DNA of 64,000 nucleotides, taken from NCBI GenBank assembly GCA_964187785.1, contig OZ076409.1:9426001-9490000 (forward strand), read 5' to 3'. A program made the translations under genes and the position numbers. Source of the DNA: Amphiscolops sp. MND2022. Its lineage: Eukaryota. Every line of letters starts with the position of its first letter. Positions within the stretch are counted from its first letter, which is position 1. The notes under the pieces were generated by a model. The model was given only the letters and a program-made list of their open reading frames with translations, was not told the origin of the DNA and ran no database searches. Positions 47,197-59,095 of the stretch are shown one piece after another.

Positions 47197-47614
47197 TGTG
47201 ATGCCATGATGCATGTCCTCAAAGATTTTATAAATCTGAAATACTCTGAACTCTTAACAAAAGAAATTAGTGAATCTAATTGAATCTAGAAACCAATTAT
47301 TCTAGAAGAAACTTCGTTTAATATATCCTGTACCAAGCTTCCCCAATTCATCCTGTTGCTGTCACATTGTAATTGATGAAACCTACCCTAGTTAATAGAA
47401 TATATCTACTCGGAGAAATTGAGAATTCTTCCTGACGATCAGTCTTCTTCCAACACTCCAGTAACTGAGATCTCAGAAATAGATTGTACTCAGAACTAGC
47501 TAGCTACCAAGTATAAGATAAAAGATAAGACGACTCCGCTGTTAAAATCTTAGACTTCTTATGTCAGTTCTAACTCGTATAAAAGAAACAACCACAAAAC
47601 TTTTTAACAGCTCA
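47197..47614 (+). repeat. E2 3' LTR (418 bp)
   Basis: Direct repeat of 29308-29725, followed by TTAT. Confidence 0.95.
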
Positions 47615-47618
47615 TTAT

Positions 47619-50598
47619 CCCTTAATAGTCTTTCACTTCTGGTCCGTTTAAAATGCATATTAAATGAACTTTTATTTCTATTTCGCAATATTTTTTTGCG
47701 CAATATATTGTAGAGCTCTGACAAAATTTGTCTTATTTCAATAAATATATTGTATTTTTGCTCCAACCAAATAAATATAATAATTGTATTCAATTGCAAT
47801 ATATTGCAATACTATATAATTTTTTACACGTCTGATAATTTTGAGAGCAAAAACATGTTTCCTTTAATGTCTTTTAGTATCAGTTTTTCTTCTGTTTAAC
47901 CCTATACATGTCAGTTTTTTGGTAAGAATGAAATTTTAGATACTAGTTACAATTTGAAAATAAGAGCTTTGAATTATCCAAAAATTTCGCTAATGGTACC
48001 ATGGGACCCTTGCTAACATTATGGTTAATCATGGTTAGCCTTTGCACGATCTTGCATGGCCATGGTATCCTTGCCAAGATCATGGCAAGATCATGACAAG
48101 ATCTTAGCAAGGCTTGCAAGGAACTTGCCATGGATCTTGGCAAGGGTACCATGGCTTCGAACACTGGGTTACCTTTTAACGATATAGCGTGTAAGAAAAG
48201 CAGTGAATGTAGGGGCGGGAATACCGTCTAAGGAATAACGTCTAAAGGAATAACGTCTACATTTTACTCATTATTCAGGAAAAGATTCTAAAAATTTAGA
48301 AGTTATTCCCGTTTTTTTCGATAATATACCCCATTTTGAAATATTGTTTCTTATGCTCAAAAATTCCTCCCTTCCTCTAATTTTTCAGGAATGGACAATG
48401 AAATAATCGAAGGCCGCCGAAAAGGAGCAAAAGTCTATGTGTCTGATGGGTTTTTGTACTTAAATTGAAAAAAAAACGCTCAAAATATCAAGAAACCATC
48501 GAACTACGTCTGAAAAACGGAAAAACATATGTAATTGGGAAAAATTTAAGTCAATTAGGATTTAAAACTAAAAAGTATAAAACGTGCCTCGGATATGTCC
48601 CCATTTCCTCTAGTGCCCCGAGGCCCCTTGGGGCCGCTTATGTTCCCATCTTGCTAAGCGAGGTCGGACAGGAGCAAAGACCTAGCGGGAACGGAGATCG
48701 CGAAGCGATCGTAGTGGGAGCTGGTCTTTGCGACGATGAGGGCGATCGTGCATACACCGTATATGACCCCACATTAGGTGGGGAAAGTGTTTTAAATATT
48801 TTGAACGCTCCTTAGACGTTGTTCCACATTTTAGACGTTATTCCCGTTTTTTAGACGTATTTTGATTATGTTTTGGCATTTTAGACGTATCTCCCTATTT
48901 GAGACGTTATTTCATTTTTTCAGACCTCTCTGTTGATATTTTTTGACATTTTAGACATGTTTACCGCTTTCAGATGTTGTTTTCGATTTCAGACGTTGTT
49001 GGATTCTAGTTCGTCGATAAGAAACAAGTTCATTGAATCCAACTTTATTCTATCTTGTTCTGTTTTATAATGGACAGTTCTTCATCTGCACTAAGTAGAC
49101 AGGTATTAATAAAAGAGCATTATATCAATAAGACAATACAACTATAACATAAAAGCAGACTAATTAATGTACATTGTGTGAGTCCTCTACATTCCCCCTT
49201 CACTATTGGCTGTTGATTGGCCAATGAGGTTTTGTGTAGCTTCTGTATGGCGGTAATCCCTCCAATGGTCCATTAAGTTGTTGACGGGTAACCGATCCTC
49301 GCATTGATTTCTGTCACGGTGTCTATCTGCCCGTGACGTCTGTTTGTTGTCTGCTGTTTGGGTTAGTTGTGGCTGTTTGTCTCCATATCTGTTCTCAGTC
49401 TTAAACAGGTGAGGACTTATTAGGATTCTTGTCAAAATTTCGGAAGCCAGAATACGTTATCGTAATTTTTCACGCATTTCTGGATGCAAAATTTTTCCAG
49501 CAGGTTTAAGCATTTTGATTATGAAAACGAGTAGAAATAGTCGTTGTTGGGTGAAATGAGCCTTTAGATTGAGTATCGGCTGCTTGTAACGAAGGTATAG
49601 TGTTTTTTTTATAATCCTAAAATTTTGTCCATCGTGATAAGATACGATCTTGGAATAAGTATTATCTTAGTAAGATCTTAATAAGAATCTTGCCATGGGA
49701 TCCATGGCTGCCAAGATGTAGTAAGAATTTGGCAAGATCTTGCCAAGACAGCCAAGATGCTAGTAAGAGGGTCAACCCGGGTACCCAGGTTGTCTGTCAA
49801 GGCTCGTTCATGGAAAATCATCCATGATCATGGATTTTTTGACGCATTACTTCTACTTTCATGGAAAATCAAGAAATGATGAGTTATGTTGAAAATTTCG
49901 TTCAAAGTCGAAAAGTTTCTCTCACTGTGTCAGTTTTTGTCTTTTTTTCTTTCTCTTGTTTCTGAGCCTCAAAATCTGAGGGTTACCTTAATGGCCCGGG
50001 TTGCATTAAGGACCTTTTCGGCACCGCGTATCCTGATGCCGCGAGATAGGTAATAGTTTCGTTAGCATCAGGTGGGTTTTTGATGGTTTTGGGGATGGTT
50101 TTTGATGGAATTGCGGAAAACGCTGTCTTTTCAGATCAACTTTAGAGAAAACGTAGAATAATTCTAGTTTCTATCTAAATCAACGCCTCGGTTCTTATAG
50201 GTGGAATTACTTCTATGCAAGCAGCGCTGACGGCAAATTGCGCGCGGGGTGTAAGAAAATTTTGTCAATCTATGAAGAATTCGCACTAAATTTCCAAACT
50301 TTTGCGGGGAGAAGAGAAAAATTAGCTGTGTTTCAAGAACAAGTTTTTTGTCAGATTATTGATAAAAAATTGCACCAGAGCAGAAGTGTAAAAATTTAGA
50401 TTGTATTGCAATATTTTGCAATTAAATACAATTAATATATTTATTTAGTTGGAGCAAAAATACAATATATTTATTGAAATAAGGCAAATATTGTCACAGC
50501 TCTACAATATTTTGCGTAAAAAAATTGTTGCAGAAGAAAAATAAAATTTCATTTAATATGCATTTTAAATGGACTAGAAGTGAAAGACTATTAAGGGA
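47619..50598. repeat. Pair of ~195-bp imperfect inverted repeats (47619-47813 and 50402-50598)
   Basis: CCCTTAATAGTCTTTCACTTCT...TTGCAATAC and its reverse complement. Confidence 0.85.
48210..49000 (+). mobile_element. Deleted DNA-transposon relic, possibly MULE, with AACGTCTAA/TTAGACGTT subterminal repeats
   Basis: Opposed short-repeat arrays at 48220-48260 and 48810-49000; fragment MDNEIIEGRRKGAKVYVSDGFLY near 48390 resembles the start of a FLYWCH finger. Confidence 0.4.
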
Positions 50599-51387
50599 GA
50601 TTTTGTGGACGAAGCTTTGAAAACTGGAAGCAACACTTCCTGCCAACAAATTTGACTATTAATTTCGAGAGTGTATACACAGAGATGTCTTCTTTCGTGG
50701 GACCCTTTGGAGGCCACGTTTTCGTCGTGGGTCCTGTCACGTGGAATCAAAATGGTTCCACTAGGTGAGAGCCTCCGAACTCAATATAAGGATTGTGGTT
50801 CGAGATGGCTGCAAACTTTGTTTGCGGTTGGAAACCATATCCAACAACTATCTGATCGACTTTTGGATGCTTATAAATCTTATTTTCATTGATTTTTGAT
50901 TTCCTTCCTGAATTTTAATGGTTCGGGTTTCTTGGCGGTGGGCTAGGTTGTAACCGGGAATCTTGACACCTCCCGCTTTTTCCCGCTTATTCTTGGGTTT
51001 TCCCGGATTTCTTGGCAAGATTCTTGGATTTTCTTGGATTTCTTGACAAGATTCTTGGTACTTCTTGGTTTTTCCTGAGTGTTTTTTTGTACTAAAATCA
51101 CGTATTGTGGGTTTTTTGGTCGAAAAAACTTGGCATTTTTCTTGAAGTTCTTTGCAAGATCTTGCAAGTTCGTACATATTCTTGGCGCTCTTGGTAAGAA
51201 TCTTGCCAAGATTCTTACCAAGGGTTTCAAGAATATGCAAGATTCTTGGCAAGAGTTTCAAGATATTTTACACTGGGTAGTATTTCTTTATACAAATAAA
51301 CAACATTGGGATGTTTGCCTTGTAAATGAATGTTTCTCTGCCCAATAAAATATTTCACAATCTATTGTTTTTCTGAAATATTGCACG

Positions 51388-52915
51388 TGTCGCAAACCAG
51401 AACTTGCGTGGGATCCGGAGAGCAACAGTAGTTGAAGCGAACAGTGTGTCTGACCATCGTCTGAAAACTGTGAAACTTTCACAATAAACATTTTGTTTTA
51501 TTTGTTTTCATTTTGCCTTTTCTCTTTTTCGAAAGTCATGTAAATAACTGGTACAATTTAATGTGAAAAGGGCCTAGTTTTACATGTCATTGAGAGCAAA
51601 CAATTGCATAAAACCCGAGTTAGAGTAAAGGAAACACGTGTTGATGAGCAATATGTTACGTAACATTGATTCTTATTTAGCCCAATTTAGTTTAAATACC
51701 ATTTTGTGCTGACTACTATGCGGTAGTCTGCGGTTCGAGCAGTACCGCATACTCGTCATTATGCGTTTTTGTCAAGATTCACTATGCGGCACCCTACAGT
51801 TCGAGGAGTGACGCATACTCGTCACTATACGTTTTTTTTTTGCAGAAACACTATGCGGTATTCTGCGGATTGTGTAGTGACGTATACTCGTCATTATGCG
51901 GTTTCAGCAGGACCTTCTATATAGCTTTGGAAGCTGAAGTAATGCTATTTGGAAACCATCTTAAATGTATTTTATATCGCATTCTAGGTAATTTCCAGGG
52001 TTTTCCCTAGTCCTTTCCTTAAATATACTTAGAACGTGATGCAATTCAGCTGATGCTATAAATAGAATGACGTTACCCTGACGTAATCCTATTTTTGTCT
52101 TTTCCAAATAATGATTGCAGTAAAAATGAGTGTCATGGTATTTTTGGAGCTATTTCATTCTAAAAACTGAAGGAGAATTCATTCAATCCTGAACTGTCAA
52201 CAAGTGCAGTTGCTTCTTCAAACATCTGTAAACCTTTTGGTAATTTGCTGATACTCTTGTGTCTTGTTATTTCAAATAGACAAGATAATTCAAATTCTTC
52301 CCCAAAAGCCAAAAACCATTTTCACCCAAAGCAATACGGGAAACAAACGCAATAGACGATCTAGGAGATTAGAGACTCCTTCCCCAGAAAGAGAAGTGGA
52401 AGTAACTCAAGTAGGAATACCCATTACAGGTAATGAGACTTTAACTAATTCTAATACGGTTGTTCAAGAAAATTTAGGTGAAAACAATTCAGAGGGCCAG
52501 TTGATCCAACCCAGTGTAGTTAGTAATGAAATTCAAGCCTGGACCCAAATTATGGAACAAAAGAATAATGATCGAATTGAAAAAATGAGAGAAGAGATGG
52601 AAAACAAACTGGAAACAATCTTAAAAGAGATAAAGTCTAACAAAAGCGCTTCTACGGCAACAAATCCAAGGTCAGAAATTAACGAAAACAGAGATCAGCA
52701 ACCGTCGGGATCCAAAATAGATAGGTCTAATGGAGTTCACGCATCAAACATTGGAAATTCTGATTCTGAAAATGACGATTATCCTCTTAGGGCTTCTAAA
52801 ATGAAAGATCTTAGACATCCTGCAAAGCCTTTGTTTCGAGCTGAATCAGATGTAGACGTAACTATACATTCAGACGAAGAGTCTGATGCAGAGAGCCTAG
52901 GTGAGGATTATCACA
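51388..52915 (+). repeat. E3 putative 5' LTR (~1.5 kb)
   Basis: Ends ..TCACA directly before PBS TGGTGACAGGAG; the start cannot be confirmed without the 3' LTR. Confidence 0.6.
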
Positions 52916-54027
52916 TGGTGACAGGAGCCAACCGACAACTCCATAGACAAAGTTCACAAAAACTAAATGACACAGCAGGATTCCACGCAGACCAAAATCT
53001 GCCAAATTTAACAACAAAACCACTTGACCCAGTCAATCAAATTGCACTTGCAATTGAACGATTAGCTAACAAAAACACACAACCATCACTGTTTCATCCG
53101 AAAAACACATTGACTTTCAATGGAAAAAATGAGAAAAATGAGAAATTTGAATACTTTGAAGACTTGTTCCATACAACCCTAAAAATGCAACCAAACCTAA
53201 CTGAGGAAATGAAAATCAACCATTTCCATGCACATCTCAGAGGTTTGGCACTCAAAACGTTTAAAAATATCCAACGAACCCCAACAACGACTTTGGAAGA
53301 CATCCTAAAAGTCTTTCGCAGAAAGTATGTCAAGCCGGAATCTAGTGCCTCAGCTAAGCACAGATTCAATAGACTTGCATTTGACCCAGAACACCAGAAA
53401 CTTCCAGATTTTTTAGAGGAACTCCAAGAGAGTGCTGAAAAAGCGTTCGGCGAGAATGCATATCAGATGATAGAAAACCTACTCTACGCTAAAATGCCTC
53501 CCCACCTTAAAAAGTCCATTAATCAAGCATACCTTGAAAATGGAACATACGACCAAATCGTCAAACATCTCGAAAGAGAGATGGAGCTAAATGGTTTGGA
53601 AGCTGATGAACTCCTGGTGAAAACCCAGATGACGGCCACGAAAAAAGAACAAAACGCTGAAAAAACCAACAAAAAACAAAATGAAAAAGCCAAAACACAA
53701 ACACCAAAAACAGTACCGAATAAAACCCTCAAAACTGATCAATGCCGTTACTGCAAAGAGACAGGCCACATGATGGCTGAATGCCCTAAATTAGCCAAAC
53801 GACGTAAACTTGAGGAAGACCCAGATGCCGAAAAATGCCAAAATTGCAATACACCGGGACATGATGAAGAAAATTGCTACTTTGGCGCAAACATGGAAAA
53901 TAGACCACCTAAATGGACTCTCACAGAAGCCCAGAAAAAGGTGATCGAAAACTATAAACAAGCTAAAAAACCAATCAAACCAAGAATGGAACGACAACAA
54001 CAATCCTCGTCGAAGGATTTAAACTAG
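52264..54027 (+). CDS. gag: E3 Gag with two CCHC knuckles; frame starts within the LTR, true start uncertain
   Basis: CRYCKETGHMMAEC and CQNCNTPGHDEENC; capsid region aligns with E1 (FNGKNEKNEKFEYFE..KINHFHAHLRGLA..LLYAKMP). Confidence 0.92.
   Translation: MLFQIDKIIQILPQKPKTIFTQSNTGNKRNRRSRRLETPSPEREVEVTQVGIPITGNETLTNSNTVVQENLGENNSEGQLIQPSVVSNEIQAWTQIMEQKNNDRIEKMREEMENKLETILKEIKSNKSASTATNPRSEINENRDQQPSGSKIDRSNGVHASNIGNSDSENDDYPLRASKMKDLRHPAKPLFRAESDVDVTIHSDEESDAESLGEDYHMVTGANRQLHRQSSQKLNDTAGFHADQNLPNLTTKPLDPVNQIALAIERLANKNTQPSLFHPKNTLTFNGKNEKNEKFEYFEDLFHTTLKMQPNLTEEMKINHFHAHLRGLALKTFKNIQRTPTTTLEDILKVFRRKYVKPESSASAKHRFNRLAFDPEHQKLPDFLEELQESAEKAFGENAYQMIENLLYAKMPPHLKKSINQAYLENGTYDQIVKHLEREMELNGLEADELLVKTQMTATKKEQNAEKTNKKQNEKAKTQTPKTVPNKTLKTDQCRYCKETGHMMAECPKLAKRRKLEEDPDAEKCQNCNTPGHDEENCYFGANMENRPPKWTLTEAQKKVIENYKQAKKPIKPRMERQQQSSSKDLN
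52916..52927 (+). promoter_or_regulatory. E3 PBS TGGTGACAGGAG
   Basis: Identical to the E1 PBS and preceded by CA. Confidence 0.8.
54018..54024 (+). promoter_or_regulatory. E3 -1 frameshift slippery site T TTA AAC
   Basis: Canonical heptamer immediately before the gag TAG; the -1 frame is open into pol. Confidence 0.85.
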
Positions 54028-54197
54028 AAACGCCACGCCTCTACACAAAATCACCACAAAAACAAAACTCAGCAGATGACTGGCAGCATCCGCTGAGCCC
54101 AAAACCCACAAAAACAGCAGTTTGCGAAACTGAACTAACGACACAAAATTCGCAGCAATCGACTCTAGAAACTCAAACTGAAGACTTATACGAACTT

Positions 54198-57100
54198 TTG
54201 CACGATGCACCAGACAACTACTTTCCACAACAACCAACCCATCCCAAAAGTGACCCAACTCCAGAAATTCACCACACTCCAAAAAATCATGTTATAATAA
54301 AACCTTCTTGCAATGAAGAAAAACAACCACTTTTAGATGAAGATCTCTCTGAACATATACAATTCGACAAGGAACGGAACTTGTCATACCTTCCAATCTC
54401 AACCTCCTTGACATTGAAGAGAAAACGCCATATGTACTACATACCAATGGATTTCGAAAAACTTACGCTTGATGGTCTTATCGATACAGGAGCGCTTACA
54501 AGCGCAATCTCTGAACAAGACCTCAACAAAATCAAACTCCTAGCAAGTGAAGCTATAAAAGAAACTGGTCCCCCACCAAACTTCCAAATTATGGTTGCTA
54601 ATGGACAACTGGAAGTTCCAATTGGTACTGTATTACTTGAATTTGAAGTGGCTGACTTCATGTTGAGGGAAAATTTCATCGTCATGAGAAACCTACCAAA
54701 CCCACTCATCGGATTGTGTTTCCTCAGAAGGAACAATGCAATTTTTGATGTCAATCAAAGCATCTTAACTTTTCCCTACCTCTCGATGCAGCTCAAGCCT
54801 GATACACAAACAGCAATACGCCAAGCAACACCATTGTTTGCCGAAAATACCTATACCTTACAACCAGGGGAAACACTTGCCATAGCAAGCAAAATGCCTC
54901 ATCTGATGGATCATGATGCGACAGGAATTGTCACACCATCACAACAATTTGAAAACCACGATAGCATGTTTATCACAAAATCACTCAGCACTGTCACTAA
55001 CAATGCTATCGGATATCAAATCATCAATTTCTCCGAACTCCCATATACAATAACCCTTGATACCCATTTAGCGGATTTCAAGATACTAACTCCAGAACAA
55101 ATTAAACACATCCGACCGGTAGACCCAGCGTTGCTATCTTTCATGATACAATATGAAGAGACAACAGAGGTCTACATAAATGAATTGCTAAAGGTCCCCC
55201 AACCAAATACTGACCACGAAACATACTGGTTCCCAACACCTGAAGAACCAGGTGACCCAGCTACCTACACCCCAATTCAGCAAAGAATTTACAACGAACT
55301 TCTCGAACTAAAAGAACTCGAGAAATTGAATCCACATGACAACGAATCTTCTCGAAAAGCTTTCCTGTCGAACTTCGACTGGTCTGATACGACACTCAAC
55401 CATGAAGAACAACAGGAAATTGAAGAAATCCTCATTGAATTCCATGACATTCTTGCCAGACATCGTTTCGATATTGGCATAAATCGTGAATTCAAAATAA
55501 AACTTACACCAAATGATGACAGACCTGCTTATAGCCAAAGCCTACCAACGCCGATTAACCTAAAGGATGACATCACGGTAGAACGTGCACTTCTCCACAA
55601 ATATGGGATTATCACAACTTTACCCTTCTCTAAATACGCGAGTCCCATATTTGCACAACGCAAACCCAATGGGCGCCTTAGGCTCCTTGTTGACCTAAGG
55701 AAAATCAATAACTTAATAACTGAAGATTATACCAATAATAATCACCCGGTAAGCACTTTGTCGGATGCAGCTCAACACATGGCAGGAAAAAAGCTTTTCT
55801 GCAAACTAGATTGCTCCCAGGCTTACCACTGCCTACAAATGGCAGACTACCAATCAATTCAGATGCTAGCTTTTAATTTTGCAAGCAGAACATTTGCATA
55901 CCGTCGTCTCGCCCAGGGCCTCAGCAGATCACTCTCTGCATTCTCAAGCTTCATGAGAGAGTACCTGGACAAGGCAATAAAAGCAGACCAATGTGCCCAA
56001 TATGTAGACGACATTGGCATAGCAGCGAATGACACAAAACAATTGTGCACAAACATCAGAACAGTCTTCGAATGCATCCGCAATGCGGGATTGAAACTTT
56101 CGATGTCGAAATGTCATTTCGGAGTCAAACAAGTTGATTTCTTGGGTCGCACAATAACTCCCCATGGAGTCGCCCCACAAGCCGACAAAGTGAAAGACTT
56201 CCTCTCAAAACTTCGCTTTCCAAAATCAAAGAAGGCGTTGCAGAGATATATTGGATTTTTAAACTACTATCGCAACTATATTCCACGCCTTTCAGAACGA
56301 CTTTCTCCTTTCTTTAAACTACTTAAAGAAACATCCAAATTTTACGTACCAACAAACTTGGTAGAAGATTTCACAAACCTCAACAAACTACTCGAAAACT
56401 CTTGTCAATTGGCACTAAAGCAACCCCTGAAAGACAAACAATTGATAGTCATGTCCGATGCCAGTTTTATGGCAGCAGGATACGCAATAATGATAGAAGA
56501 CGACCCAAACCAAAAACTGCAATCCAAACGTGAAACCTATGCACCCATCGCATTCGGTTCAAAAACTTTTAATCCAACTCAAACGAAAATGTCAATATAT
56601 GCGAAAGAATTTCTTTCCATATATTTTGCATTCGTGGAATTTGGCCACCTCTTGTGGGGAACCACCTTTCCAGTCATAGTCTTCACAGACAATCGATCAT
56701 TAACTAGATTTTTCCAAACAAAAATGATTCCTCCAGCACTATGGAATGCATGCGATTATGTCCTGCAATACAATTTTGTAATCGCCCATGTTGCTGGCTC
56801 GATGAATACCGCAGCAGACTTCTTATCTAGAACAGAAGTCGACCCAACAGAAAAACTTGAAATGAATATTCGTAATGATATTCACACAAAAGCAATTGAA
56901 GTGAATATCCAATCAACAGGCATCGCTGAAGAAGAACAAATCTATGTTCTCCCAGATGATGAAATCGACGAAACCCAACTTTGGGAAGAAAAACAAAATA
57001 TCCGAAATCAAGCTCAAACTGAAACACACAACGACCCCGAAAATGAGGTCGCTGAACAACAACAATTTCACAAACCCACCTCAGGATTAATCTCTATTTC

Positions 57101-58912
57101 ATCAGGATACTTCAAGGACAATGCCAAAATCCGCCTCGAGCAGAATAATGACGTAGTCCTCAGAAACCTGAGAGCAAAAATCGAAGGCAACCCCTTCGAC
57201 GAGAATGAGTTGGCATCAGACTACAGATACCAACACTACCTACAAAACTTAACAAGAATAGAAATTAAACAAGAAGTCCTCACCCGAAAATACTATACGG
57301 ACACAGGAACCACATCTCACTACCAGATTCTCCTACCGGTTCAACTTTTAGATGAACTCTTACAAGCCCTTCATGGCCATATTTCAAACCACCCAGGAAT
57401 CACGAAAATGATTCAGGAAGCAAGACAAAAATATTACTACCCATGTATGGCTAAATACATTAAAAAATGGGTCAGTAACTGCCAAGTCTGCATTCAAACG
57501 AAACGTATCAAATCAACAACGATCTCCTCAGAACCGAACTTCTTAATTGCCCAGAATGGGATCTTGGCCCGGAAGACATTCTACAGATGGATATTCTACC
57601 AAACCTCCCCTCTAGCGGAGGTTATGATCACATCATCACAGCAATAGATGTCTTCTCGAGATACTTGTTTGCTTATCCCGTGATTCGTATTACCGCCACA
57701 GCAGTATCAAGAGTCATCATGGATATACTATGCAAGCACACCTACCTTCCAACAACGATAATCACAGATTTAGGCACTCAATTCAACGCTCAAGTAACTC
57801 ACGAAGTTGCTGCAGTGCTGGGAATTGAACTTAAACACGCAACAATGAAACATGCCCAAACAATAGGACTCCTCGAGAGAACCCATGCCTCAGTGAAAAC
57901 ACACCTAAAAGCTGCAACAGGCGAATTCAAGAATAACTGGCATAAACATCTCCCGTTAGCAGTCCTTAACCATAACACATCATACCATGCATCACTCGGT
58001 TGTGAACCTTCACGAGTCTTACATGGCAGAATACCACATAATATCCTAGACTATAAACTCGGATATAACCCTAACCCACGATATCAACCACAGGCAGATG
58101 TGGCAGAAGAAATACAAAAACGCATGAAAATCCTTTTAGATCAAACAAAGAAAAATATCATGCAATCCTATCTCAAGTACAAAGCCTACTATGATAGGAA
58201 AGCCAAAGCAGCACCGCTCGAAACGACGGACTATTGCTACATTCTCAACCCAAAAGCCGACACGCAAGCGACGAAAATACCATTTCGAGAATTCAGATGG
58301 TGTGGTCCATATAAAGTGGAAAAAGTGCTCCCTAACAATAATTATATTGTCGGGAGACTTGGTACTAACAAAACGCAACTGCTACACAGGATACGCCTGC
58401 GAAAATTCACTCCGCAAGCTCCATTAGCAGATATTTTTGTCCGCGAAACTGATTGGCAAAAAGATGACCAGATGCCTATAGCAAATGATGATCTATATGC
58501 CCAATCATGGAATACAAATTTTGGATCTAATCCGTTTGAAGATGGTCCTTCAGAATACTCAGAAGACACTGAGGAAACCGAATATACTCCAATCCAAATA
58601 CCTAATGATAACCGCCCTCCCTCCCCAGGATCTTCAAAAAATAGTGGGGGGAGCCCAGTGGAACAGACCACTGAACCAGATCAAAATTGCGACAATCATG
58701 AAAATGAAATTCCACAACACATCAGTGAAGATGATTAAAATACCCAAAAAACTCAAAAAGAACCAAATAATTCATCGGTTGATGATACCCAAAAAACCCT
58801 AGAAAATTCACAAAATACCCCATTGCAAGAAGAACCCATAAATACTCGTGGTGAAAAATACAATTTACGCCCCAATCCCAACCCAAACTACTCTGACTCT
58901 TACAGATACTAA
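54198..58912 (+). pseudogene. pol: E3 Pol (PR-RT-RH-IN), disrupted by a 5-bp duplication (ATCAA, 57507-57516) and a premature TAA (58736-58738)
   Basis: LIDTGA, QYVDDIG, SDASFMAAG, H..HPG..CQVC, MDILP, TDLGTQF, LLERTH, GPY. The frame continues after the TAA to ..KYNLRPNPNPNYSDSYRY* at 58912. Confidence 0.93.
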
Positions 58913-59095
58913 AAAACACACACAGAAGAATCGTTCTCTTATCTCTTTCCTGTCTTTTCAGTTCGTAACTAGACGAATTATCAGTTCATTCAAAGAAGAT
59001 ACAACTAAATGAGTAAATAGTCGGATAGAATAAGGCTTCCGAAACAAACAAAACAAACTAGTAATACACAGATCCAAAGTCAAGCGAGAACACTC

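Larger units (their letters stand above)
29308..47614 (+). mobile_element. E2: 18.3-kb env-bearing Ty3/Gypsy retrovirus-like element, defective copy
   Basis: 418-bp TG..CA LTRs; 4-bp TSD TTAT at 29304-29307 and 47615-47618; gag-pro-pol, glycoprotein ORF and extra ORFs. Confidence 0.95.

Noticed and set aside
48465..48815. 116-aa protein-coding gene
   Set aside because: TTG start, no coherent domain, and it lies within a deleted transposon relic.
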